Assembly (NCBI GenBank): GCA_025451845.1
Contig: JANWJS010000028.1
Span: forward strand, 28,189-92,188
DNA: 64,000 nt
DNA from: Steroidobacteraceae bacterium
GTDB taxonomy: Bacteria > Pseudomonadota > Gammaproteobacteria > Steroidobacterales > Steroidobacteraceae
Direction of reading: 5' to 3'
Positions 32,480 to 42,084 of this stretch are shown here, piece after piece. The translations under genes and the position numbers were made by a program. The number at the start of each line of letters is the position of its first letter. The first letter of the stretch is position 1. The notes beneath the pieces are model-generated. The model did no database searches. It saw only the letters and a list, made by a program, of their open reading frames with translations, and was not told the origin of the DNA.

Positions 32480-33694
32480 CTAGCAGGCGGCGGCGAGCGC
32501 CTCCACGCGATGCGGCCGGGCGAGCGCCGCCCGCTCCAGGCCCGCGGCCAGATCAGCCCGCAGGTCCTCGAAGGCTTCGATGCCGATCGAGAGACGGATG
32601 AGGCCATCCACCAGGCCCGCCTTCAGGCGTGCGGACGGGTCCATCGCGGCGTGAGTCATGCTGGCCGGATGGGCCACGAGGCTCTCGACGCCGCCGAGCG
32701 ACTCGGCCAGCGAGAAGCAGGTCAGCTCGGCGCAGAAAGCGCGCACGGCCTCGTGGCCTCCCTCGAGCTCCAAGGTGACGATGGCGCCGTAGCCGCGCTG
32801 CTGGCGGCGGGCCACTTCGTGGCCGGGATGGGTGGGCAGGCCGGGGTAGTACACGCACCTGACGCCAGGTTGTCCTACCAGCCATTCGGCAAGCCCCGTT
32901 GCATTGCGGCCGTGATGCTCGAGCCGCGCGTGCAGCGTGCGCAGGCCTCTGAGCGTCAAATAGCTGTCGAAGGGAGCGCCAGTGATCCCCAGACAGTTGG
33001 CCCACCAGACCAGCTGCTCGTGTTGCTCCTGGGTTTGGGCCACCACCGCGCCGCCCACCACGTCGCTGTGGCCATTCAGGTACTTGGTCGTCGAGTGGAC
33101 GACGAGGTCGGCCCCCAGAGTGAGCGGCTGCTGCCAGGCGGGCGACAGGAATGTGTTGTCGACCGCGACGAGCGCGCCGGCCGCATGCCCGAGCTCCGCG
33201 AAGTGCTCGATGTCGGTGATGCGCAGCAGCGGATTGCTCGGCGTCTCGATCCACAGAAGCGCCGTCGGCCTGGCGAGGGCGGCCTTCACCGCCGCGAGAT
33301 CGCCGAAGTCGACGAACTCCACCTGCCGCTCGCCCCGGCGGCGCCAGGCATCGAACAATCGGTACGTGCCACCGTAGCAGTCATGGGGCGCCACGATGCG
33401 GGCTCCGGCCGGAATCAGATAGCCCACCAGAGTCACTGCGGCCATGCCGGTCGCGGTGACGACGGCGCCGAGTCCCGACTCGAGCTCCGCGATCGCCTCG
33501 CCGAGCAGATCGCGCGTGGGATTGCCCGAGCGCGTGTAGTCGTACCGGCGCTTCTCCCCGAAGCCGCGGAACGCGAAGGTCGAGGTCAGGTGGATCGGCG
33601 GCACCACGGCACCGGTGGCGTCATCGCATTCGAGGCCCGCGCGCACGGTCTGCGTGACCTGATTGGCGGCGTGGCGGCGTGTCAGCTTGCTCAT
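32480..33694 (-). CDS. metB: Cystathionine gamma-synthase
   Basis: YDYTRSGNPTR, ETPSNP, HSTTKYLNGHSD, AESLGGVESL. Confidence 0.92.
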   Translation of the reverse strand: MSKLTRRHAANQVTQTVRAGLECDDATGAVVPPIHLTSTFAFRGFGEKRRYDYTRSGNPTRDLLGEAIAELESGLGAVVTATGMAAVTLVGYLIPAGARIVAPHDCYGGTYRLFDAWRRRGERQVEFVDFGDLAAVKAALARPTALLWIETPSNPLLRITDIEHFAELGHAAGALVAVDNTFLSPAWQQPLTLGADLVVHSTTKYLNGHSDVVGGAVVAQTQEQHEQLVWWANCLGITGAPFDSYLTLRGLRTLHARLEHHGRNATGLAEWLVGQPGVRCVYYPGLPTHPGHEVARRQQRGYGAIVTLELEGGHEAVRAFCAELTCFSLAESLGGVESLVAHPASMTHAAMDPSARLKAGLVDGLIRLSIGIEAFEDLRADLAAGLERAALARPHRVEALAAAC

Positions 33695-33697
33695 GGC

Positions 33698-34786
33698 TCA
33701 GTTGGTCTCCAACGCTGCGGCGAACGCGCCGCTCAGCTGCTGTGGTTCCTTGAGGAAGGCGTCGTGCCCGTAGATCGAGGAAATCTCGTGGAAGCGGCCG
33801 GCGCCGAGGCGCGCCACCATGCCGCGTACGTCCGCGAACGGGACCAGTTGGTCCTCGCGAATGGCGACCGCAATCGTCGGAGCGAAGATGCGGCTCGCAT
33901 CGACGCGGTGCAGATCGATGGATTCCGACAGGCAAAGAAAGGATTCGGGCCGATGGCGCGCCGCATAGTCACTGCCACGGGCCAGAAGATAGCGCTCCAC
34001 CGGAAACACGAACCGGTCCGACTCCAATGCCGGGAGACCGGCGAACCGCGCCCCGAGCTCCTCGCTGCTACGGTAAGTCGCCATGGCCAGCGCGCGCGCC
34101 AGCTTCAGCCCTTCGGCGGCACGGCCGCTCGCGCGCGTGAGGCGCACGATCTCCCTTTGAACACTGCGCCAGGCGGTGGCGAGCGGATGCGGCCGGTCGG
34201 CGGCGCAGATCACGAGCAGGCGCCCCGCCCGCTCCGGATACCGCTCGCCGAAAGCAAGCGCCACCATGCCGCCGTAGGAGCCGCCCGCGATCGCCCGCAG
34301 TGACGGGATACCGAGATGATTGAGCAGGCGCAGGAGGAGCTCGGCCTGATCGTACGTCGAGATGCTGGGGAACGGCTCCGCGGCACGCGGGCCGGTCGTC
34401 TCACCGCCGCCGCCGAGGTAATCGAAGCTGAGAACACGGTAGCGGTGGGTATCGAGCGGCCGGTCCGGCCCGGCCACCTCCGACCACCAGCCACCGCGCA
34501 GCCGCTCGCGATGCGTCATCTCCGAGCCGCCCGCGCGTCGCGGCTCATCGCTGAGACACACGTAACGGCTAGCGGAAATGCCGCCCAGAGCGCAGACGAC
34601 GGGAGCGTTGGCCGGCCCCACCATGCGCCAGCCGAGGCGCACGCCGCTCAATCGCCCGCCGTGATGGAGAGCCCACTCGCCGGGGATTTCCAGCACCCCC
34701 TCGCGTGCCGCCGGATCGGCGGACGGCGATCGTTCGAGCGCATGTATCCCGGGAGGGATCACGACTGGCTCGGCAATGGCGTTCAT
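33698..34786 (-). CDS. metX: Homoserine O-succinyl/acetyltransferase (alpha/beta hydrolase, Xanthomonas MetX type)
   Basis: GGISA, GGSYGGMVAL, LSESIDLH, YGHDAFLKE; upstream of metB. Confidence 0.85.
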   Translation of the reverse strand: MNAIAEPVVIPPGIHALERSPSADPAAREGVLEIPGEWALHHGGRLSGVRLGWRMVGPANAPVVCALGGISASRYVCLSDEPRRAGGSEMTHRERLRGGWWSEVAGPDRPLDTHRYRVLSFDYLGGGGETTGPRAAEPFPSISTYDQAELLLRLLNHLGIPSLRAIAGGSYGGMVALAFGERYPERAGRLLVICAADRPHPLATAWRSVQREIVRLTRASGRAAEGLKLARALAMATYRSSEELGARFAGLPALESDRFVFPVERYLLARGSDYAARHRPESFLCLSESIDLHRVDASRIFAPTIAVAIREDQLVPFADVRGMVARLGAGRFHEISSIYGHDAFLKEPQQLSGAFAAALETN

Positions 34787-34911
34787 CGGAAGCTCCGCAA
34801 TTCTTCTGGCCCGGTCTCACCGGCCCTCCTGCGGAGCGCCCACCAGGAACCTGGCGGGTTGTCGCGTCCATCCCGCCGCGCCAAGGGGGCACGGCAAGGC
34901 TACGCTGACCG

Positions 34912-35045
34912 CTCATCTGTCGATCGGGCTGCGGGCACCCATATGCCGCGCGGCTGATCGCAGGAGTTGGCACCTTTCCAGGATGGTTGGTCCTGGCGGT
35001 TGCCCCGGCGTCTAAGGGCCTTATCCCTCAGCCGGTCTCGATGAG
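34912..35045 (-). ncRNA. SAM-I riboswitch aptamer
   Basis: CTCATCGAGA..GG.TGAGGGA..GGCCC..GACGCC..GCAACC...GGTGCCAACTCC...GACAGATGAG; upstream of metX-metB. Confidence 0.92.
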
Positions 35046-35160
35046 TGGGAGGCAGTTTAGGGTGCGGGGACGCGACACGTCAAGCGGCACTCCCGTGCTG
35101 CAGCTCACGCCGCTGCCATCATGGCAACCGCCCGACTGGCGCCGGCGCCAGTCCCGTGCT

Positions 35161-35184
35161 AATGTACTAGCACGCTATTACATT
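35161..35184. promoter_or_regulatory. Putative TrpR-family operator upstream of the yerC-his operon
   Basis: Imperfect palindrome AATGTACTAGC-AC-GCTATTACATT containing the TrpR-like half-site GTACTAG. Confidence 0.6.
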
Positions 35185-35187
35185 GGC

Positions 35188-35532
35188 ATGTGCATGAAAA
35201 CCCATCGCAGTCTCACGCCCCGCCAGGAGGCGCTCGCCGAGCGCCACCTCTACGCCGCCATCGCCAGCCTGCGCAGCGCGGAAGAGGTGCGCGCATTCCT
35301 GCGTGACCTGTGCACGCCGGCGGAGCTGCAAGCCATGGCGGATCGCTGGGCCGTGGTGGACTACCTCGGCCGGGGGCTGCCCTACCGGGAGATCCACCGC
35401 CTCACCGGCGTCAGCGTGACGACCATCGGCCGCGTGGCGCGCTTCCTCGCCGCAGGCAACGGCGGCTACGCGCTCGCCGCCTCCAGACTGGACAAGTCGC
35501 GTCCGCAGCCCGAGGCGCCCCGCCATGGATGA
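35188..35532 (+). CDS. YerC/YecD family TrpR-related regulator
   Basis: FLRDLCTPAELQAMADRW, YREI...TGVSVTTIGRVAR..GNGGY; start 35188 or 35194. Confidence 0.9.
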   Translation: MCMKTHRSLTPRQEALAERHLYAAIASLRSAEEVRAFLRDLCTPAELQAMADRWAVVDYLGRGLPYREIHRLTGVSVTTIGRVARFLAAGNGGYALAASRLDKSRPQPEAPRHG

Positions 35533-36421
35533 GCTGCGCCTGAAGCTCGCCATACAGAAGTCGGGGCGGCTGACCGACCCTTCGCTCGACCTGCTGCTGC
35601 GCTGCGGACTGAAAATCTCGCGCGGCAAGGACCAGCTGATGGCTTACGGCGAGAACATGCCGCTCGATGTGCTCTTCGTGCGCGACGACGACATCCCGGA
35701 TCTGGTGCAGGAAGATGTCTGCGACCTCGGGCTCGTCGGGCGCAACGTGCTGGAGGAGAAGCGCCTGGAGCTCGCCGCACGCGGCCATCCGGCGCGCTTC
35801 CAGCCGGTGCGCACGCTCGATTTCGGCCGCTGCCGCCTAGCGCTCGCCGTGCCCGAGGGCACCGCGTTCGAGGGGCCACGCACCCTGCGCGGCAAGCGCA
35901 TCGCGACGACGTATCCCTTTCTGCTCGAGAACTATCTGCGCGAGCGCGATGTCGCCGCGGAGATCGTCACGCTCTCCGGCGCGGTGGAGATCGCCCCGCG
36001 CCTCGGGCGGGCCGATCTCATCTGTGATCTGGTCTCGACCGGATCGACGCTGCAAGCCAACCACCTGCGCGAAGTCGAGACCGTTCTCGAGAGCCACGCG
36101 GTGCTCATCCGTACGCCGCTCGGTCTGCCGCCGGTGAAGGACGAATGGGTGCAACGGCTGCTCATGCGCATCGATGGGGTGCAGCAGGTACGTGAGAGCA
36201 AGTACATCATGCTGCACGCGCCGCGTGCTGCGCTCGGCGAGATCCGCAAGCTCCTGCCGGGCAGCGAGTCGCCGACCATCATTCCGCTCGAGGGCTTCCC
36301 CGATCGAGTGGCGATTCACGCCGTATGCCGCGAGAACGTGTTCTGGGAGACGCTGGAGAGCCTGAAGAAGGCCGGCGCCAGCGCGCTTCTCGTGCTGCCG
36401 GTCGAGAAGATGCTGGCCTGA
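35525..36421 (+). CDS. hisG: ATP phosphoribosyltransferase (long form)
   Basis: AIQKSGRL, VRDDDIP, DLVSTGSTL, C-terminal regulatory domain. Confidence 0.96.
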   Translation: MDELRLKLAIQKSGRLTDPSLDLLLRCGLKISRGKDQLMAYGENMPLDVLFVRDDDIPDLVQEDVCDLGLVGRNVLEEKRLELAARGHPARFQPVRTLDFGRCRLALAVPEGTAFEGPRTLRGKRIATTYPFLLENYLRERDVAAEIVTLSGAVEIAPRLGRADLICDLVSTGSTLQANHLREVETVLESHAVLIRTPLGLPPVKDEWVQRLLMRIDGVQQVRESKYIMLHAPRAALGEIRKLLPGSESPTIIPLEGFPDRVAIHAVCRENVFWETLESLKKAGASALLVLPVEKMLA

Positions 36422-36424
36422 GCG

Positions 36425-37783
36425 ATGCGTATCCTCGACTGGGAATCGCTCGCCGCCGGCGAGCGCCGCGCGGCACTCTCACGCCCCGCACAGGTAGCCC
36501 GCGACGACGTCGAGACGCTCGCGCGCGAAGTGATCGCCAACGTCCGCGCCGCAGGGGATGATGCGCTGCGCGCCTACACCAGGCGTTTCGACGACACCGA
36601 GCTCGAGTGCCTGGCGGCGAGCCGGGAGGAGTTTTCCCAAGCCGAGCGCGCGCTGACCTCGGAGCAGCGGGCCGCCCTCGAGCGCGCCATCGACAACGTC
36701 GAGCGCTTCCATCGCGCACAGCAACCTGACAGCCTGACGCTCGAAACCATGCCCGGCGTGCGGTGTGAGCGGGTCATTCGGCCAATCTCGGCCGTCGGTC
36801 TCTACGTGCCCGCCGGCTCCGCGCCCCTTCCCTCCACTGTCGTCATGTTGGCCGTCCCGGCGCGCATCGCCGGCTGCCCGCAGCGCGTGTTGTGCACGCC
36901 GCCGCGCCGTGACGGCAGGGCCAATCCCGCGGTGCTCTTTACGGCCCGCCTCTGCGGCATCGAGTTGGTGTTCAAGGTGGGCGGCGCACAAGCCATCGCC
37001 GCAATGGCGTACGGCACCGAGACGGTTCCCAAGGTCGCCAAGATCTTCGGCCCGGGCAACGCCTGGGTGACAGCCGCCAAACAGACGGTGGCGGCCGACC
37101 CGGCCGGCGCAGCGTGCGACATGCCCGCGGGCCCCTCGGAAGTACTGGTGATCGCTGACGAGAGTGCGCACCCCGAATTCGTCGCTGCCGACCTCCTCGC
37201 CCAGGCCGAGCACGATACGCAGTCGCAGGCAATCCTGCTGACGCCGAGCCGCCCGCTCGCCGAGGCAGTCGCGGCCGCGGTGGCGAGCCAGACACTCGCT
37301 CTGTCCCGCCGGGTGATTCTGGAGCAGTCGCTCGCGAGCAGCCGTTGCATCGTCGTCAGGGATCTCGACAGCGCCCTCGAGGTGGCCAACGAATACGCCG
37401 CGGAGCATCTGATCCTCGAGGTGCGCGAGCCGCGCCGCTGGCTCGAAAAAGTGGCGAGCGCCGGCTCGGTGTTTCTCGGCGCCTGGTCGCCGGAGCCGAT
37501 GGGAGACTACTGCTCGGGCACCAACCATGTGTTGCCGACCTACGGCTATGCGCGCGCTTATAGTGGGCTTTCGGTGCTCGATTTCGTCAAGCGGATCACC
37601 GTGCAGGAGCTCTCGCCCGAGGGCCTGCGCTCACTGGGTCCGGCCGCTATCGCGCTGGCGCGGCTCGAGGGTCTCGATGGGCACGCCAGCGCCGTGACGC
37701 GCCGGCTCGCGGCGCTTGCAGCGGGCCAGGGGGGAACAGCGTCCGAAGGTCCCGTCGCGCGCCATGCGGGGAGCACCTCGTGA
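36425..37783 (+). CDS. hisD: Histidinol dehydrogenase
   Basis: GLYVPAG, GGAQAIAAMAYG, DMPAGPSE, GTNHVLPT. Confidence 0.96.
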   Translation: MRILDWESLAAGERRAALSRPAQVARDDVETLAREVIANVRAAGDDALRAYTRRFDDTELECLAASREEFSQAERALTSEQRAALERAIDNVERFHRAQQPDSLTLETMPGVRCERVIRPISAVGLYVPAGSAPLPSTVVMLAVPARIAGCPQRVLCTPPRRDGRANPAVLFTARLCGIELVFKVGGAQAIAAMAYGTETVPKVAKIFGPGNAWVTAAKQTVAADPAGAACDMPAGPSEVLVIADESAHPEFVAADLLAQAEHDTQSQAILLTPSRPLAEAVAAAVASQTLALSRRVILEQSLASSRCIVVRDLDSALEVANEYAAEHLILEVREPRRWLEKVASAGSVFLGAWSPEPMGDYCSGTNHVLPTYGYARAYSGLSVLDFVKRITVQELSPEGLRSLGPAAIALARLEGLDGHASAVTRRLAALAAGQGGTASEGPVARHAGSTS

Positions 37784-38835
37784 GCTGGGTTCACGAGCTG
37801 GCTCGACCTGACATCGTGGCCCTCAAGCCCTACGAGCCCGCCTCCTGGGAGCCGAGCCTCGAGCGGCTGCATGCCAACGAGCTGCCCTGGCGGCCCGCGG
37901 ACGACGGCTCGTGCGCCGGACTCAACCGCTATCCGGAGCCGCAGCCGCGGGCGCTCATCGAGCGCCTCGCGGACCTCTACGCTATCCCCCCTGAATCCCT
38001 CCTGGTGGGACGCGGCAGCGATGAAGCGATTGACCTTCTGACACGCGCCTTCTGCCGCGCCGGCTACGATGCGGTGCTCGTGTGTCCGCCTACTTTCGGC
38101 ATGTATTCGGTAAGCGCGCGGATCCAGGGCGCCGAAGTCCTGCAGACGCCGCTCCTGGCGGCGAACGGCTTTGCGCTCGATGAGCAAGGCCTGCTCGAGC
38201 ATTGCACCGCGGCCGTCAAACTGGTCTTTCTCTGCTCACCCAACAACCCGACCGGCAATCTGCTCGATGAGAAGGCGATCCTGCGCATCGCGCGGCGCCT
38301 GGCCGGGCGCGCCCTGGTAGTCATCGACGAGGCCTATATCGAATTCGCCGGGCGCCCGAGCCTCGCACGGCGGGTCGCGGAGTTGCCCAACCTCGCGATT
38401 CTGCGCACCCTGTCGAAGGCTCACGGCCTTGCCGGAGCACGCTGCGGCGCGCTCATCGCCGATCCGGAGATCATCGTCCTGCTGCGCAAAATCATTCCGC
38501 CATACGCCATTGCGCAGTTGACCCTGGAGGCGGTGCTCGACCGCCTGACTCGGGAGGCTCGCGCGCAGTCCCTGGCGCGCCTGGAGGTATTACTCGCGGA
38601 GCGCGCGCGCCTCATGCAGGGGCTCCCCCGCCTGTCCCGCGTGACGAGAGTCTGGCCGAGCGATGCCAACTTCGTGCTCGCGGAATTCCAGGATGCCGGA
38701 GCAGCCTTGGCATGCGCCCGCGAGGCGCGCCTCCTGGTGCGTGATGCTCGCGGTTATCCGGGACTGGGACGCGCGCTGCGTATCACGGTCGGGACGCCGG
38801 AGCAGAACGGCCGATTGCTGGAGACATGGGCATGA
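37780..38835 (+). CDS. hisC: Histidinol-phosphate aminotransferase
   Basis: NRYPEPQ, GRGSDEAID, CSPNNPTG, RTLSKAHGLAGARCG. Confidence 0.95.
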   Translation: MSWVHELARPDIVALKPYEPASWEPSLERLHANELPWRPADDGSCAGLNRYPEPQPRALIERLADLYAIPPESLLVGRGSDEAIDLLTRAFCRAGYDAVLVCPPTFGMYSVSARIQGAEVLQTPLLAANGFALDEQGLLEHCTAAVKLVFLCSPNNPTGNLLDEKAILRIARRLAGRALVVIDEAYIEFAGRPSLARRVAELPNLAILRTLSKAHGLAGARCGALIADPEIIVLLRKIIPPYAIAQLTLEAVLDRLTREARAQSLARLEVLLAERARLMQGLPRLSRVTRVWPSDANFVLAEFQDAGAALACAREARLLVRDARGYPGLGRALRITVGTPEQNGRLLETWA

Positions 38836-39980
38836 CAAAATCGCCGGCAGCGATTTTGCACGCGGCGAAGCCGCGGCCCCGCAGGGGCGAGGCTCAGGAT
38901 GAGCCGAGAAAGCGTCCCGCCGCGACGCTCTTCATCGATCGCGACGGCACTCTGGTGGAGGAGCCGCCGGACGAGCAGGTCGACTCCCTGGAGAAAGTGC
39001 GCTTCATGCCAGGGGTATTCGCCGCGCTTGCGGACCTCACACGCCACGGCTATCGCCTGGTTCTGGTCACCAACCAGGACGGGCTCGGCACCGACTCCTT
39101 TCCGCAGGCGGCGTTCGAGCGGCCGCAGCAATTCATTCTCGAGACGCTGCGCTCGCAGGGAATCGAGTTCGATGCGATCTTCGTCTGCCCGCATCGCAAA
39201 AGCGACGGATGCGGCTGCCGCAAGCCCAACACGGGACTGGTGACGGACTACATCCGCACGAGCGGCGTGGACCTCTCCACCAGCGCGGTCGTGGGCGATC
39301 GCGACACCGACCTGCAATTTGCAACCAACCTCGGCGTGCGCGGGGTGCGGGTGCGGCGCGACGGAACACCTGACGAGACTTGGGGCGCGGCCGTGCGCAG
39401 CCTGACCGCGCGTCGTGCCCAGGTTGGCCGGCGCACGCGCGAGACGCAGATCGACGTGCGTGTGAATCTCGACGACCCCTCTCCCATCCGCATCACCACA
39501 GGCATCGGCTTCTTCGACCACATGCTGGAGCAGCTCGCCAAGCACGGCGGCTTTGCGCTCGAGCTCGCTTGCGAGGGCGACCTCGAGATTGACGAGCATC
39601 ACACGGTGGAGGATTGCGCGCTCGCCATCGGGGAAGCGCTGCGCCGGGCGCTCGGCTCCAAGGTGGGCATCGCGCGCTACGGCTTCCTCCTGCCGATGGA
39701 CGAAGCGCAGGCGCGGGTCGCGATCGATCTGTCCGGCCGCGCGTGCGCGCAGTTCTCCGGGAGCTTCAACCGCGAGGCGGTCGGCGGGCTGCCGACGGAG
39801 CTGGTGCCCCACTTCTTCCGCTCTCTGGCGGAGTCGCTCGGGGCGGCGGTGCACGTGAGCGTCACGGGCGAGAACAGCCACCACATGATCGAGGCCAGCT
39901 TCAAGGGCGTCGGCCGGGCGCTGCGCCAGGCGCTGCGGCGCGAAAGCGGCGAGCTGCCGAGCACCAAGGGAGTGTTGTGA
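38832..39980 (+). CDS. hisB: Bifunctional histidinol-phosphatase / imidazoleglycerol-phosphate dehydratase
   Basis: FIDRDGTL HAD motif, CRKP, FFDHML, HHTVED, NSHHMIE. Confidence 0.95.
   Translation: MTKSPAAILHAAKPRPRRGEAQDEPRKRPAATLFIDRDGTLVEEPPDEQVDSLEKVRFMPGVFAALADLTRHGYRLVLVTNQDGLGTDSFPQAAFERPQQFILETLRSQGIEFDAIFVCPHRKSDGCGCRKPNTGLVTDYIRTSGVDLSTSAVVGDRDTDLQFATNLGVRGVRVRRDGTPDETWGAAVRSLTARRAQVGRRTRETQIDVRVNLDDPSPIRITTGIGFFDHMLEQLAKHGGFALELACEGDLEIDEHHTVEDCALAIGEALRRALGSKVGIARYGFLLPMDEAQARVAIDLSGRACAQFSGSFNREAVGGLPTELVPHFFRSLAESLGAAVHVSVTGENSHHMIEASFKGVGRALRQALRRESGELPSTKGVL
38835..38910 (+). repeat. Multi-hairpin palindromic element in-frame in the hisB 5' end
   Basis: Stems CAAAATCGC-cggca-GCGATTTTG, CGCGGC-gaa-GCCGCG, GCCCC-gca-GGGGC, GGCTC-aggat-GAGCC; first stem recurs at 18418-18440. 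Confidence 0.6.
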
Positions 39981-40573
39981 TGGAAGCCGTGATCATCGAC
40001 AGCGGCGGAGCCAACCTCGCCTCGCTGCAATTCGCGCTGGAGAGACTGGGCGTCCGGGCTGCCGTGACTTCTGATGTGCGCGCCATCGCGGCAGCGGCGA
40101 GAGTCCTTCTGCCGGGGGTGGGATCGGCCGAAGATGCGATGCAGAGGCTGCGGCGCGCCCGCGTCGCGCAGTTGCTGCCGACCTTGCGCCAGCCGGTGCT
40201 CGGCATCTGCCTCGGGATGCAACTCCTCTTCGAGCACTCGGCGGAGGGCATGACCGAGTGCCTGGGTGTCCTTCCGGGGGCGGTGCGGCGAATGCAGCCG
40301 GCTCGCGGACGGCCCGTGCCGCATATGGGATGGAATCAGCTCACCGGCTCGCGTCAGGACCCCCTGCTCGAGGGCATCGATCCGGGCGAGTACTTTTACT
40401 TCGTGCACGGCTACGCGGTGCCCGTATCAGAGGTCACGATTGCCCACGTGCACTATGGCGAGGCGGTCTCGGCGGTAGTCAGGCGCGATAACTTCTGGGG
40501 CACGCAGTTCCACCCGGAGCGGTCCGCATCGGCGGGCGCGCGCCTCCTGGGCAACTTCCTCAAATTGACTTGA
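39980..40573 (+). CDS. hisH: Imidazole glycerol phosphate synthase glutaminase subunit
   Basis: LPGVG, GICLGMQ, PHMGWN, QFHPE. Confidence 0.95.
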   Translation: MEAVIIDSGGANLASLQFALERLGVRAAVTSDVRAIAAAARVLLPGVGSAEDAMQRLRRARVAQLLPTLRQPVLGICLGMQLLFEHSAEGMTECLGVLPGAVRRMQPARGRPVPHMGWNQLTGSRQDPLLEGIDPGEYFYFVHGYAVPVSEVTIAHVHYGEAVSAVVRRDNFWGTQFHPERSASAGARLLGNFLKLT

Positions 40574-40594
40574 GTGTGCGGAGACGACCGGCCG

Positions 40595-41335
40595 ATGTTG
40601 TTGATTCCTGCCATCGACTTGCGCGGCGGACACTGTGTCCGCCTGTACCAAGGGGATTTCGGGGCGGAGACCCGATATGAGTACTCTCCGCGGCAGCTCC
40701 TGGAGAAATATCGCGCGCTCGGAGCGTCCTGGGTGCACGTGGTGGACCTGGACGGGGCACGCGACGGCGTATTGGCCAATCGCGCAGTGATTCTCGACCT
40801 CGCGGCGCAGCGCGGCCTGAGGCTGCAAGTGGGCGGCGGCATCCGGTCGGCGCAGATCATCGAGGAGCTGATCTCGAGCGGCGTCGAGCGGGTCGTCATC
40901 GGCAGCGCGGCGGTGGAGCGGCCGGACGAAGCCATCGAATGGACCAGCCGTTTCGGCGCGGACCGGATCTGCCTGGCGCTCGACGTGCGGCACGACAGCA
41001 GCGGTGAGCCGCAGTTGCGGACGCGCGGCTGGAAATCGGGCACCGCGATCTCCCTGTGGGAGGCGCTGAAGCTCTATCCGGCGGCTGCGGTGCGGCACGT
41101 CCTCTGTACCGACATCGAGCGCGACGGCGCCCTGACCGGACCCAACCTCGACCTTTATCGCGATGCCGTGAAGCGCTTTCCGCGCATTGCCTGGCAGGCC
41201 TCGGGTGGCGTGCGCGACGCCGCCGACCTCGCGGCGCTCGCCCACATCGGAGCCGCCGCGGCGGTAAGCGGCAAGGCCCTGCTCGAAGAGCGCATCAGGC
41301 CCGAGGAGCTGCGAGCATTCTTGCCAGGCGCATAA
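40595..41335 (+). CDS. hisA: ProFAR isomerase
   Basis: [33 protein letters not shown]. Confidence 0.95.
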   Translation: MLLIPAIDLRGGHCVRLYQGDFGAETRYEYSPRQLLEKYRALGASWVHVVDLDGARDGVLANRAVILDLAAQRGLRLQVGGGIRSAQIIEELISSGVERVVIGSAAVERPDEAIEWTSRFGADRICLALDVRHDSSGEPQLRTRGWKSGTAISLWEALKLYPAAAVRHVLCTDIERDGALTGPNLDLYRDAVKRFPRIAWQASGGVRDAADLAALAHIGAAAAVSGKALLEERIRPEELRAFLPGA

Positions 41336-42084
41336 TTCCCTGCCTCGACGTCCGCGACGGTCAGGTCGTCAAGGGCGTGCGCTTCCGCGACCACCGCGTC
41401 GTGGGCGACATCATGGAGCTCGCCACGCGCTACCGCGATGAGGGCGCCGACGAGCTCGTCTTCTATGACATCACGGCGAGCCCGGAGGGCCGCTCGGTGG
41501 ACCGCGGCTGGGTGCGGCGGGTGGCCCGGGTGCTCGACATTCCGTTCTGCGTGGCCGGCGGTATCCGTTGCGTGGCCGACGCCGAGGAGGTCCTCAATGC
41601 CGGCGCCGAGAAAATCTCGATCAACTCCCCGGCACTGGCCGATCCCGACCTCATCGGGGCCCTGAGCGGCCGCTTCGGCTCCCAGTGCGTCGTCGTCGGC
41701 ATCGACAGCCAGCTGACAAGCGCCGGCTACCGTGCATATCAGTTCACCGGCGACCCGGACTGCACCCGCGAGTCCGGCCGCGACATGCTCGCCTGGGTGC
41801 GCGAGGTGCAGGAGCGCGGCGCCGGCGAGATCGTGCTCAACTGCATGGGGAACGACGGCGTACGCCGCGGCTATGACATCGAGCAATTGCGGGCGGTCCG
41901 GGAGATCTGCCACGTGCCGCTCGTCGCTTCCGGCGGCGCGGGTGCGGTGCAGCACTTTACCGCGGTGTTCCGCGAAGCCGGCGTCGACGCCGCCCTCGCC
42001 GCGAGCGTCTTCCACACCGGCGCCATCGCCATTCCCGACCTCAAGCGCGCGCTGCGCGCCGCGGCCATCGACGTGAGACCTTAA
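41317..42084 (+). CDS. hisF: Imidazole glycerol phosphate synthase cyclase subunit (probable ATT start)
   Basis: [48 protein letters not shown] 8 nt before ATT. Confidence 0.92.
   Translation: MLARRIIPCLDVRDGQVVKGVRFRDHRVVGDIMELATRYRDEGADELVFYDITASPEGRSVDRGWVRRVARVLDIPFCVAGGIRCVADAEEVLNAGAEKISINSPALADPDLIGALSGRFGSQCVVVGIDSQLTSAGYRAYQFTGDPDCTRESGRDMLAWVREVQERGAGEIVLNCMGNDGVRRGYDIEQLRAVREICHVPLVASGGAGAVQHFTAVFREAGVDAALAASVFHTGAIAIPDLKRALRAAAIDVRP

Noticed and set aside
32351..34303. Long alternative ORFs (650 aa here; also 5315-7099, 49206-50873 and others)
   Set aside because: Antisense shadows of well-supported genes in high-GC DNA with no recognisable motifs.
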